A DNA stretch of 51,814 bases, taken from Octopus bimaculoides (Eukaryota). The DNA is taken from contig NC_068981.1 in assembly GCF_001194135.2 (NCBI RefSeq), forward strand, positions 116,652,938 to 116,704,751, given 5' to 3'. Shown piece by piece: positions 35,291 through 47,843 of the stretch. Under the pieces are notes generated by a model, which was not told where the DNA came from, ran no database searches, and was given only the letters and a program-made list of their open reading frames with translations. A program made the translations under genes and the position numbers. The first letter of the stretch is position 1, and each line of letters starts with the position of its first letter.

Positions 35291-35448
35291 CATTATTTAC
35301 ATTATTTACATTTGACGGATATTTGTCCTTATCTTGTTTGTTGTTAACGCAACGTTTCGGCTGATATACCCTCCAGCCTTCATCAGGTGTCTCGGGGAAA
35401 TTTAGAACCTGCGTTCTCATTCCTATGGTATTTTTCGATGTTATTATT
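35291..35448 (-). mobile_element. ~155-bp hammerhead-bearing repeat (family B), Penelope pLTR- or retrozyme-like
   Basis: Near-identical second copy at 40.6 kb; 3' end (gtaaataat)2. Confidence 0.75.
35346..35391 (-). ncRNA. Minimal type I hammerhead ribozyme motif
   Basis: GACAC-CUGAUGA-A-GGCUG(gaggguauau)CAGCC-GAAA-C-GU-U-GCGUU: intact core, 5-bp stem II, palindromic ACGU, stem I with one mismatch. Confidence 0.7.
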
Positions 35449-36439
35449 GCCCGTGGGCAGTTCTTCAACTGTTTCTTATTTCATCGGAACCGGTAGGATG
35501 AAATACAATTTTGACCTTGCTAGGTATCTAAAACGGAATGTAAACATTCTGCCTGAATACCGCATTTTGTCCTCTAGAAATGCATGAGCGCTGACCTTCT
35601 GTAACTTAATCATGCCCTTGATTCAAATCTAACTGGCGGCGCCTTTCCATTTTCTTCTTCTTTTGTCGCTCAAATGATTTTCTGTAAAATATATATGTCG
35701 CTCTTTTCTCCTCTCTTAAGATATGAGGCATTTCGATATCGGATGCTCATGGGGGAACAATTTTGATCACAGGTGTGATGAATGAAGTCTGATGTAGGTC
35801 AAAACAATATGCCTATATTAAAGTATATCCTCCGTTCAGTAAAACTGCTATTACAAAAATGACATGTTCAGATATGAATAAAAGAAATTATGCATGAATG
35901 TAATTAATATTTAAGTTAAACAGTGGGTATGTTTTATTATCAGTTAGATGCCTGACAGGCTCTGTTTATATACAAACTTTCTTATGCATCTATATATATG
36001 TATATATATATACTTAACATAAGTTTCCTTAATTAATAATAATATTTTTGATTTCATTCAAGTTAATATAAAATATGCTAAACTAATACTTGTTTCTAAT
36101 ACTTCCCAGTTGCGTATGCTATACGATACTACATAGAATAACTTCTCTGTTCAAAAGTAATCTGCCTTTCGGCCACACATATTCCTGAAATTAAAAGTTG
36201 CGAGGAAAATTCTTCCGTCATTGGTGTTCAAGAACGGTGTATTTTAACCGCGTGTGTGTGTGTGTGTATGTGTGCGCGCGCATGCGCATCTCTGTGTATG
36301 AGTGCGGTGTGTATGACATCATGCGTCTGTGGTACAAATGGGGAAAAGATGAACGCTACATGTAAAGCAGTGTACCAACAACAAAGACTTACAGCCTGAC
36401 TAAAAGGTTTTCCTTCCTCCAGTACTCTTAAGTGAATCC

Positions 36440-37500
36440 CCCTTCCACCTCTTTCCTACTGCCTCCAACCACCAAAATATTCCGGCCATGTCTCTTCTGC
36501 AACGAGGAGCCTCACTTCACTCCTCTCCGAAGGTGTCGTTGTCAGAAATTTCATGGCTCACAACCATTCTTGACTCCTACACTCATACCATTCTGATACG
36601 AATGGTGCAGAAAAATAGATTTTTGTTTGCATCAATTAGTTTATATCTCCTTACCGACATACAGACAATCTAAGCATCCTCGTTATCTTTCTCCTGCCGA
36701 ACTCAATATCTACCAAAGCATCACTATTGCTTTAACTATTGATTCAACCGGCTACTCACATAGTGTCACAACTCGCCAAACAACACATGCATCACAATGT
36801 CTCTCACTCTCAGATCCTATGGCATTTCATGTCACTTGACTGGTCGATGCACCTTCAATCAGCTACTGACTCTCACTTACAGCACACAACTACGCTAACC
36901 TTTAATCTATATACTTACTAAACTCTTCAAATTCAACTGAGACCTATTTCAATCTTTTCATAAAAGCTGCAGTGTATCTCATTCCGAGGAAAAGTCAGCC
37001 TCTCTGTAAAATATCAACCTAGCCTACTCGCATCACCACCTTAAATATGGCGAAATCAGGCTTTAACAACATTCTCCAATAGTTGGTACGTCTCTTCCTC
37101 TTTCGTGCTCGGTAATTCGACTTTCTTAACGATAAACTTACTGGAGATTTACTCTGTTATGTCCCTCAGCAACAAGAGCACGCCTTCTAAAGATTTATGG
37201 AAACAGATACACATTGCATCTAGCACAATTATCTCCTATCAAACTCACTGCTTGTGGGATCCGGTCATGTATTCTTTCTTGCATCAATGATTTCCAGTTA
37301 CATTTCATAACACCATCATGGCGTATACTGGAGGAGTCTTCTTTCCTCCTCAGTATATTAATGACATGGTTCCCGGCACAGTCATCGACGATCATCGTAG
37401 ATAATATCATTCTTATGATATTACACACTTATCAAACCCAAAGTTTTCACAGCAAACATTCACGACCTTCAATCTCGAAAATTACTTTTTATGCCGTCTC
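36440..37500 (+). mobile_element. Highly decayed CR1/Jockey-group LINE ORF2 relic
   Basis: H..LSPIKLTACGIRSCILSCINDF (cf. H..LL.KL..YGI.G..L.WI.DFL) and QYINDM (cf. YINDL) in RT order; boundaries uncertain. Confidence 0.5.
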
Positions 37501-38014
37501 ACCGATCTTGTGTTTACCAACAGATTGACACAAATGCTTCACGTATCAACAATTACATTATTGCTCGCCAAACAAAACATGAAGAACACTTCTGCAAATC
37601 AGAAGAACACTGAAAGTCGCTACCACAACCGAAGATAGACCGCTCGAGTAATATGCATACACCAACTTATGCCCACTAATTGACAAGCTAGCTCTTCTTT
37701 CTGACGTTTCTATAGCTACTTATTGGTTATGGCTGGTCTGCTGATGTATAGATATATAAAATACATGCATGTATGTATGTAGCTATGCCTATATTTTTTT
37801 CTTTTATTAGTATTCTTCCTCCAAAGAGGGACAGAGAAGCGAATACTGGATTGCAACAATTATAATTGTTATATATCGAAATTCAAGAGAGTCTTGCATA
37901 TTTTTACTGCTCTACTGAAAGATCGTCTGTAAATTTCATGTAAACCATTCTTTTTTTTTTTTTGCTTCAAAATCTTAGCTTCTCCAGATTTTGTTTTAGA
38001 CATTAGTAACTCTT

Positions 38015-38054
<40 letters not shown>

Positions 38055-38308
38055 NNNNNNNNNNNNNNNNNNNNNNNNNNNNNNNNNNNNNNNNNNNNNN
38101 NNNNNNNNNNNNNNNNNNNNNNNNNNNNNNNNNNNNNNNNNNNNNNNNNNNNNNNNNNNNNNNNNNNNNNNNNNNNNNNNNNNNNNNNNNNNNNNNNNNN
38201 NNNNNNNNNNNNNNNNNNNNNNNNNNNNNNNNNNNNNNNNNNNNNNNNNNNNNNNNNNNNNNNNNNNNNNNNNNNNNNNNNNNNNNNNNNNNNNNNNNNN
38301 NNNNNNNN

Positions 38309-38369
<61 letters not shown>

Positions 38370-38754
38370 GATATTATGGAATAGTTTCATTAAGAGAGAG
38401 AGAGAGAGAGAGAGAGAGACGGGGTAAGAGAGAGGATGAGAGGAAACATTAAAGAGGTTGAGAAAAGGAAATATTGAAAAGTGAGGAAGGAGAATAATTT
38501 AGCAAAACACTTCCTCTCAGTCAACCGTTTTATTCCAGTTTTCAACTTTTTATACATATTTACTACATTCATACGAATAAACGTACACAACAACACACGA
38601 ACACACACACAACTGCACACAAATACGTACACATACATATATGCCCGTTTCACACTCGCATACAAATGTAGAAGGCATAAATTCACAGCCATAACATTTA
38701 CTCTTCCACTATTTTTCGCTTTTGTATGCAAAATATACAAATATACACATACTC

Positions 38755-38807
38755 ATGTGCGTGCACGCACGCACACACACACACGCGCGCGCGCGCGCGC
38801 ACACACA

Positions 38808-38857
<50 letters not shown>
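38755..38857 (+). repeat. Compound (CA)/(CG)n/(CA)/(CT)n microsatellite
   Basis: Direct reading. Confidence 0.95.
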
Positions 38858-38858
<1 letters not shown>

Positions 38859-40011
38859 ACTCGTTTTTACTGTTACTTTCACCCACTCTATCACTTTTAC
38901 TTATAAACCTTGAGATAGAAAACCACACAGAATTGGATGCTAAAATTGTAAGCATTCCAGGATTTTCAGCTTAAATACAGTTCTGGAATAAGAGTACAAT
39001 AATACACTCCCAGAACACATACATACACATACATATATAAACACACACACATAAACACATATACAGACACACAAACACACGTACATAACACATAAACGCA
39101 TACACACTCATGTACATACAAAACAATGCATACGTACATATTAATAGTTGCACGCAACGATAAACGCTCTCATCTACCACTAAATCGTTACAAAATGTCA
39201 TCAGAAGAAACTCATGATTTTCACACAAGCAAGCCACCAAGACTGTATTTTGTTTATACGGACGGAGAAGTAAAGGGAAATCTTCCTAACACACACATTT
39301 CTCACGCTGCGCACTCACTGATAACTATTTATGGAAGGATATCACATTTATTTTATTAAGAAAGACAACCGCTGCAAAACCCCTATTTTTTCTTTGACCC
39401 TTCAATATTATTTTTTCTCACGTCTTAGTACACTCGATCAACATCTGACGAATGAATTAAATGCAAAACGTAAAGAAACAAATGGGAAGAATATGAATAA
39501 AGAAAATACAAAAACAAATCCTCGGAACTATTGCGTACATTTGATGTTGTTGTAGTTGTTGGTATTGCTTCTGTTTGTTTAAAGAGTAGTTTCAAAATTT
39601 CTTCCTTTCTTTGTTTTATTTTTTCATGATAGGATTTACCTGAAAAATTTATATAACAATTCATCCTCACAGTGCACGTTTATACAAACATACGTGCATA
39701 CATAATAGCAAGCATATGTGCGTATATAGATATATACATATATGCAAACACACATATTCGTATGTATATATATGTATAGGTATATTGACACAAATATTAT
39801 ATACACATATATGCACACATAAATAATGTATATAAACATGTATATATATAAAGATTTTTTAAAGTAGGTTGATGAAAATTTGAATTAAAATAAATGGGAA
39901 AAAAAAGGAATAAATTTGTTTAACAACTTACTGTATGAATATAAATATTTGTATAATAATAGCAATAATAACAATGCTGCTGCTGATGATGATGATGATG
40001 ATGATGAATAC

Positions 40012-40052
<41 letters not shown>

Positions 40053-40604
40053 CACTTGTCTATGTATATATAAACCAAACTTCAAGAAACTACAAACACT
40101 TAAACATGTATTACCTTTATCAGACTAGGAGACCCACGTAATAGAAAATTTATGATATAATACATATAACAAGACTACCAGGAGCTTAAAGATGCATAGC
40201 AATTAGATCGTGGAAGACATGTCGCAAGATTTGCCAGAACGACATTGTTGTCAGCTTCGAACAGTCTTTGATGCTTTGACTCCCTTTTTTTTCCCCCAGG
40301 GTTTACTGCATCATTCTGAATTTGTAAATTTTTTAATGATTCCGAAGGATAAGAGATAAAGTGTGAATCTGCAAGAAGTCAATTCAGAGTGAGATATGCT
40401 TCAGAGTTTCAATTAAGCCCAGTGAGTTACATGTACTGCAAAGCACACTATTCTTTGCTCTAACGACTCTATCAATTCGTCGAAGGTGTCTGACTATCAT
40501 AATATTCTCATATGGCACGATATAGAATAGAAAGAGCTCAAGAAACAACAACAAGTATAGATGAATCTAAAGAAAACTAAGGGAACCTGAGTTGAAAGTT
40601 ATTT

Positions 40605-40745
40605 GAATTTGATGGATATTTGTCCTCATCTTGTTTGTTGTTAACACAACATTTCGGCTGATATACCTCCAGGCTTCATCAGGTGTCTTGGGGAAATTTT
40701 GAACCTGGGGTCTCAGTCCTAAGGTATTTTTCGATGTTGTTGTTA
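40605..40745 (-). mobile_element. Second copy of the hammerhead-bearing repeat (family B)
   Basis: Aligns with 35291-35448. Confidence 0.75.
40643..40687 (-). ncRNA. Minimal hammerhead motif (core intact, stems II and III mutated)
   Basis: GACAC-CUGAUGA-A-GCCUG(gagguauau)CAGCC-GAAA-U-GU-U-GUGUU; stem I GACAC/GUGUU is intact. Confidence 0.6.
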
Positions 40746-40774
40746 TTATTATTATTATTAATGTTGTTGTTGTT

Positions 40775-40995
40775 CAGTAGTTTTATTTTTATAACGTGCT
40801 TTCACTTCACTACCGAGCGCAGCTCTGTGTGCCCTGGGCATGTGCTGTGGTTTGCTGTGATGCTCTTATGGTTACTGTATTGAAAGTGTTTTACGTAGGA
40901 TGCATGCAGTGCCCAGTAGTGCAATTTTCTGTATGTTATATATATTTGTAAGTCCTGGTGTTTTTGTTATGTATTTGTCTGAATATTTTTATTAC

Positions 40996-41000
<5 letters not shown>
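40775..41000 (-). mobile_element. 5'-truncated R4/Dong-type LINE (C-terminus plus 3' UTR) flanked by (AAT)n
   Basis: KYITKTPGLTNIYNIQKIALLGTACILRKTLSIQ* (stop 40872-74), typical of the IQK.ALLGTA.ILRK terminus. Confidence 0.8.
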
Positions 41001-41027
<27 letters not shown>

Positions 41028-41719
41028 NNNNNNNNNNNNNNNNNNNNNNNNNNNNNNNNNNNNNNNNNNNNNNNNNNNNNNNNNNNNNNNNNNNNNNNNN
41101 NNNNNNNNNNNNNNNNNNNNNNNNNNNNNNNNNNNNNNNNNNNNNNNNNNNNNNNNNNNNNNNNNNNNNNNNNNNNNNNNNNNNNNNNNNNNNNNNNNNN
41201 NNNNNNNNNNNNNNNNNNNNNNNNNNNNNNNNNNNNNNNNNNNNNNNNNNNNNNNNNNNNNNNNNNNNNNNNNNNNNNNNNNNNNNNNNNNNNNNNNNNN
41301 NNNNNNNNNNNNNNNNNNNNNNNNNNNNNNNNNNNNNNNNNNNNNNNNNNNNNNNNNNNNNNNNNNNNNNNNNNNNNNNNNNNNNNNNNNNNNNNNNNNN
41401 NNNNNNNNNNNNNNNNNNNNNNNNNNNNNNNNNNNNNNNNNNNNNNNNNNNNNNNNNNNNNNNNNNNNNNNNNNNNNNNNNNNNNNNNNNNNNNNNNNNN
41501 NNNNNNNNNNNNNNNNNNNNNNNNNNNNNNNNNNNNNNNNNNNNNNNNNNNNNNNNNNNNNNNNNNNNNNNNNNNNNNNNNNNNNNNNNNNNNNNNNNNN
41601 TATATATATAAAAACATAGGGTAAAAAAATCATATATTAATTAATATCGATTAATTACCAGGAAGCTAGCACATTTATTGAATCAAAGAGGTTCAGAAAC
41701 AATATCTACAATCTCAGGG

Positions 41720-42015
41720 GATTGAAGTATGAATGACCATGGGATTGCACCTAGAAAGTTACCCTCCGAGGCATAAATCCGAGCAAAGCTGTACATGGAA
41801 GACCAGCAGTCGTCCATGCATTCCAGCCTTTCCTCTCCACGCCACTGATGTCCAACACAAACGCAAAGGCCGTTATAGCTTGGCACTAGTGACATTACAA
41901 TTCATTTCTATAGCTGGGTGAACTGGAACAACGTGACATAATGTGTCTTGCTCAAGAGCACAACACACAGCTCAGTCTGGAATTCGGACTCACTACCTCA
42001 TGATTGTCAGCTCGA
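41720..42015 (-). mobile_element. tRNA-derived SINE (third family), decayed
   Basis: gtgtcttgctcaagagcacaacac conserved-core-like segment and ggaattcggactcactacc (B box reverse complement). Confidence 0.6.
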
Positions 42016-42090
42016 TGATTTGTGTAAAATCCCCACTGTCCATGTCTACTGTATTGTCCCTATATGTCGGCACTGGTGGCCAATGAATGA

Positions 42091-42914
<824 letters not shown>

Positions 42915-43910
42915 GTATCATGAAAAATCTCACCTTTATTTTGCAGTGTCAGCTGTCCACAGCCAGTAGACTAAGATGACACCTGTTTAGTGTTCAAGCT
43001 TGAATAGCCGTGTAGACGTCTCTTGCAATTCCAAGTATCGATAATATTTGTAGCTGTGCTAAATTTACATTAGTTCCAATGTTTTTGAAACATGTTGGTA
43101 GTTGAGTCCTGATACTTCCCTGCTCTCTAGTTACTATTTGTATCACAATCACTTTCTTCATTGTCCGCAGCCTGAGTATTTCTCACTTCAGTTCATAATA
43201 GTTGTTCACTTTTCCTTCTTCCGCTTTAATGCGGTTGTCAACAAGACATGATATGTAAAGTTCCAGTCATGACTTTTCTTTTCCGTTCCCTACAATAAAT
43301 ACAAATTTTCGATACTTAATCTGACGGTCACACTGAATCATGCATCCTACAGGATTTTGCAAACCTCATTCTCAGTAACTGCTTCTGGGATGAGATCATA
43401 CCACGTCTTTGGTCTTTTTCTGGGCCATAATTTCCACAAAGCTCCCAATAGATCGTTCTTACCACATTGTTTATATCATCAATTCGTAGTTAAGCTGTGC
43501 CAGTTTAGGGAATTTACTAACAATGTGCCACAATGTTTCACTCCTCTCACCACACATTCTGCGTTTGTCGCTCTCAGTTGTATTATCAATTCTGCACTTC
43601 ACATAATTTGCCCTAAATGCTTGTTCTTTTGCAGCGCATATAAGTGCTTCTGTTTCTATATTCAAGTCATTCCTCCGCATCCATAACCACCGGCGTCCTG
43701 TATCTGACTCTGCTCTCGTATCTCTGGCACCCTTTTCTTTTCTATGCCAGATCTTTTTCGTGCTTTTTTCCTCTTTAAATTTCTCTTTCTCAAACCAATT
43801 ATTATTTTTGATAATACCGGACTTCTTCACATGCTTCCACAATTGTTCCACGGTTGTTGATATTGTTGCTATTGATTGACATTTTGCACCAATAGTAGAA
43901 GGATTTTTTT
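42915..43910 (-). mobile_element. R4/Dong-type LINE 3' fragment (zinc knuckle, RLE endonuclease, 3' UTR)
   Basis: WLWMRRNDLNIETEALICAAKEQAFRANYVKCRIDN..RRMCGERSETLWHIVSK.PKLAQ, then IYWELC, WYD..PEAVTENEVCKIL and LQILSILGIAR; followed by an (AAT)n tail. Confidence 0.9.
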
Positions 43911-43911
43911 T

Positions 43912-43982
43912 TCTTCTTCTTCTTCTTCTTCTTCTTCTTCTTCTTCTTCTTCTTCTTCTTCTTCTTCTTCTTCTTCTTCTTC
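43912..43982 (+). repeat. (TTC)n microsatellite
   Basis: Direct reading. Confidence 0.95.
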
Positions 43983-44089
43983 NNNNNNNNNNNNNNNNNN
44001 NNNNNNNNNNNNNNNNNNNNNNNNNNNNNNNNNNNNNNNNNNNNNNNNNNNNNNNNNNNNNNNNNNNNNNNNNNNNNNNNNNNNNNNNN

Positions 44090-44133
<44 letters not shown>

Positions 44134-44302
44134 CATAGAAATGATTTCGGCACTTTTATTATAAAATTAAGATTAAGTCTCTATATTCTTTGTTTGTTGT
44201 TCAACGCGATATCTTCTGATGGACTGTTGAATACATACTAAACCTGTTCCTAATTTGTCTTTAATTCTTGCTTTTCTCCAAACAGGTTTTCTTATTTTGT
44301 AG

Positions 44303-44374
44303 GAAGAATTGTGACGCCATAACAAGTCAAATTTCATCTAAGGTCCCCAAGATTATAGAATCTGAAATTTGTGC
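44303..44374 (+). CDS. Candidate exon (72 nt, phase 2-2)
   Basis: Acceptor ttttcttattttgtag|; one open frame, KNCDAITSQISSKVPKIIESEIC; donor |GTAATA is weak. Confidence 0.25.
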
Positions 44375-44713
44375 GTAATAGTAGAAATAGTTTATCTAAA
44401 TGTTGCTTTTAACAACTTAACGGTCATGATTAGTAATATCTTTAGGGGAAAGCATACCTATATATACATATGTGTGCGTGTTTTCAGCAGTATATTCTGA
44501 TGTCATTTTTTATTTTAAGTAGCTTACATTTTGGAGTGTGGGGGAAACTTTGAATTCCTTTCTTGCCTAACTCCCGTGACTTCTTGTCTTCTATCATTCC
44601 ATGTCGTGATGTATCTGAGTCCAATCTAAAAATAGAAAAAAATAAAAAGTTATAAAAAAAAGTGTTTATTGTTGTTTTTCTCACCATTCCCAACTATTGC
44701 TTTTCTGTTTCAG

Positions 44714-44736
44714 CGAATATTTAGCAAGCGTAGAGT
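44714..44736 (+). CDS. Candidate 23-nt microexon
   Basis: Long pyrimidine tract ...ctattgcttttctgtttcag|CGAATATTTAGCAAGCGTAGAGT|GTAAGT; reads EYLASVE or RIFSKRR. Confidence 0.5.
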
Positions 44737-45650
44737 GTAAGTATTTTATTCAATATTGTCCGTAAAGGTTAAATGACCTGAAATGAAAAATAACTGCGTA
44801 AAATTCCGTTGAAGTCTCAGAGCAACTGGAAATTTCCTTGGAGAAGTCACCACTAATGATCCTGAGTAAATGGCTAGAAATATAAAGGACTTTCATAGAT
44901 GGGAAAAACGAATGAAATCGCGCTTAAGCATCTGATAATTAATCAATTTCAGTGAGATACCTTGTTATGAAGAAAACTCTTGTGAAAAGACAAATGTTGA
45001 GAAATGTAAAGGTTTTCTGAACCAGTTGAAAAGTTAAACACTCTCACTCATTGAATAACCCACAGAAGGTAAATCTTTTAGAGAGTATATAATGTGATGA
45101 ACCACTACCCCTACTACTATGTATGAAAGACTAACTTAGTAGTTTGATTCAATTTATTTCTCTAATTTTTTAATGCAAGAATTGCGCCTTTTAATTAAAA
45201 CTGTTAGAACATTGATATATTGTTTGTATAATAATTTTCTCAGATCACTTCTTTTGTTTTTTATACACGCTCACACACAAACAAACGGTCTCAAACTTAT
45301 ATATATATATTAGAAGACAGGGGGTTATTCAGCTTTCATTCTACTCCGTTCTTAACACATTTTAGAATGGATAACGTTTATTACACTTGTAATACAACTA
45401 TAAAAAAATAACAAAATAAATGAATACACATCAGAAGAATGTACCTTTATCACAAACATTTAGCGAAATTAAAAGCTACATATGTGTTTTCGGTGTAATA
45501 CTTTTCAAAGAAAACCAATGATTTAATGATAACCATTCAACGCTATAACACGCTGTAACATGGTTCCTGAATGTCTGAATGATTTTAATTCAATCTTAGA
45601 CTGGATATTCATTATATATGACATGTTCCTGAAAACTTCCTTTTTAACAG

Positions 45651-45797
45651 GGTCAATTACCATATAACAGGGACTTCTATAATATTTTACGCGGCCTTTT
45701 TGATAAGAGCATTTAAGAGAAAAATATCAGTGGAAATATTGCAGATATATCACGCTAATATTAACGCACCTAACAGTTTTGTAATCTTCGGCTTATC
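45651..45797 (+). CDS. Candidate exon (147 nt, phase 2-2)
   Basis: ttcctttttaacag| ... |GTGAGT; one frame is fully open: VNYHITGTSIIFYAAFLIRAFKRKISVEILQIYHANINAPNSFVIFGL. Confidence 0.35.
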
Positions 45798-46028
45798 GTG
45801 AGTCCATCAAGCAGACGAAGACAATCAGACATCTTTATATATCAGTTGCTCATCGTCAGAAGAATGGCGTTATGTCGAGACTAATTTTATCCAAAATATC
45901 AAAGTCATTGTCTGACATAAATGTTATGCCCAATTTCACTATTTCACACACCAACTGTCGAAAGTATTTATATGTACGTACATATTATAAATATTTATAT
46001 TCATTCATCAATACATACATACATACAT

Positions 46029-46072
<44 letters not shown>

Positions 46073-46775
46073 GTACGTACGTAAATACATACATACATAC
46101 ATACATACATACATGCATAGAGAACATTTATGGAGAAGTGAGAAGAAACTTGCTCCCGTACTCATTATCATAAGCTCGCTAGGATACATGTCAACGGATT
46201 TGCATACAGAAAAGAAATAGCTAAACAGTGGTTCTCCAAAAAAGGACAAATCAAATTAAACAGTGTTTTCCAAATACATCAACGAGCAGTACTGTCAAAA
46301 TTTGAAAAGCCTTCCAGAGATTCTCCGTGTATGCGTCCCATAAGAAAATAATGTAAAATGTTCCAGGGAAAGCCCCACTCCCAGCTTTATAAATTTCCCG
46401 AGCGAGAAACATGCACACATCCACGAATATATATATGGAATAAAAGAACACAAAAACACAAAACTGATGTAAAAAGTATGAAGCACAGATATATGTACAA
46501 TTAGAATTCATCCATGAGTATTAACATGCATAGATGCATACATCAACCTATTTAGGTGACCACAAATCTCAATAGCTGTCTTAAGTGAAACGAAAGAACT
46601 TTGCCACTTGGTTAGTGGTCATCCTCAATCCTCCAAATGAAGGGACATACATCCTGATGAAGACTCATACATACATACATGCATACATACACTGATGTAT
46701 GCAAATATATACACATCCATGATTGCATCCATCCATCCATACATAGATGAATGCATACATATGTACGTATATATG

Positions 46776-46814
<39 letters not shown>

Positions 46815-47796
46815 NNNNNNNNNNNNNNNNNNNNNNNNNNNNNNNNNNNNNNNNNNNNNNNNNNNNNNNNNNNNNNNNNNNNNNNNNNNNNNNNNNNNNN
46901 NNNNNNNNNNNNNNNNNNNNNNNNNNNNNNNNNNNNNNNNNNNNNNNNNNNNNNNNNNNNNNNNNNNNNNNNNNNNNNNNNNNNNNNNNNNNNNNNNNNN
47001 NNNNNNNNNNNNNNNNNNNNNNNNNNNNNNNNNNNNNNNNNNNNNNNNNNNNNNNNNNNNNNNNNNNNNNNNNNNNNNNNNNNNNNNNNNNNNNNNNNNN
47101 NNNNNNNNNNNNNNNNNNATATATATATATATATATAGTTTTAGGGAAAAGAACCAAGGTTCATGAACTCATCGATGAAAATCCACTGTCACATATGGAA
47201 AAATGTTATAAGTAAAAGCACAAAAGATAAGTATAATATAATACAAAATAAATATAAGATAATGATAATAAAAAGACTACACGTGTTTCATAACAAATTT
47301 TCAAATAGAGAGAAAATTTAAATCGATTAAAACTATCGAAAATCAATTCTATTCAAAAATATAGCTAAGCTTCTGATCAAATACAACAATAATAATAATA
47401 AAAGAATTTATATATCAACCAACAACAAATAACAAATGAATGTATATAAAATACTCATTATATTAAGATACAAAAATATTATTAAAAATATCAAAATTAT
47501 AAACATTCCATAACCAACCCTACGTCCATTATAATGCAAGTTAACAAGTGGGGAACGAGGAGGAACAAGCTCTGACAGGAGACAAACAAGAATGCGTCTT
47601 ATCCCTGCGGCTGATGAAAGAGAAAGAAAGAAATTCAAACTAGGAAAAGAAAGATGGCCAATGGTCCCGTGCGAGCAACGAAAGAGCACAGGTGGAAGAG
47701 TGAGGGAGAGAGAGGGACAGACTGAGAACGGCGAAGGAGAGAAGAAAAGAATTAGAGAAGGGATGAGAGAGAGAAAACGAAGTAAGTTTTATATGT

Positions 47797-47843
<47 letters not shown>

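Noticed and set aside
38915-39470. Two further small plus-strand exon candidates (…ELDAKI|gtaagc and TLDQHLTNELNAK)
   Set aside because: One splice site is weak or ambiguous in each; not distinguishable from chance
46650-46670. CTGATGA matches here and at 19241, 27859, 29298, 33306, 39198 and 47611
   Set aside because: No closing G-C stem II followed by GAAA and stem III, so these are not hammerheads
47592-47790. K/E/R-rich ORF with GAA|GTAAGT
   Set aside because: It derives from a purine-rich low-complexity tract
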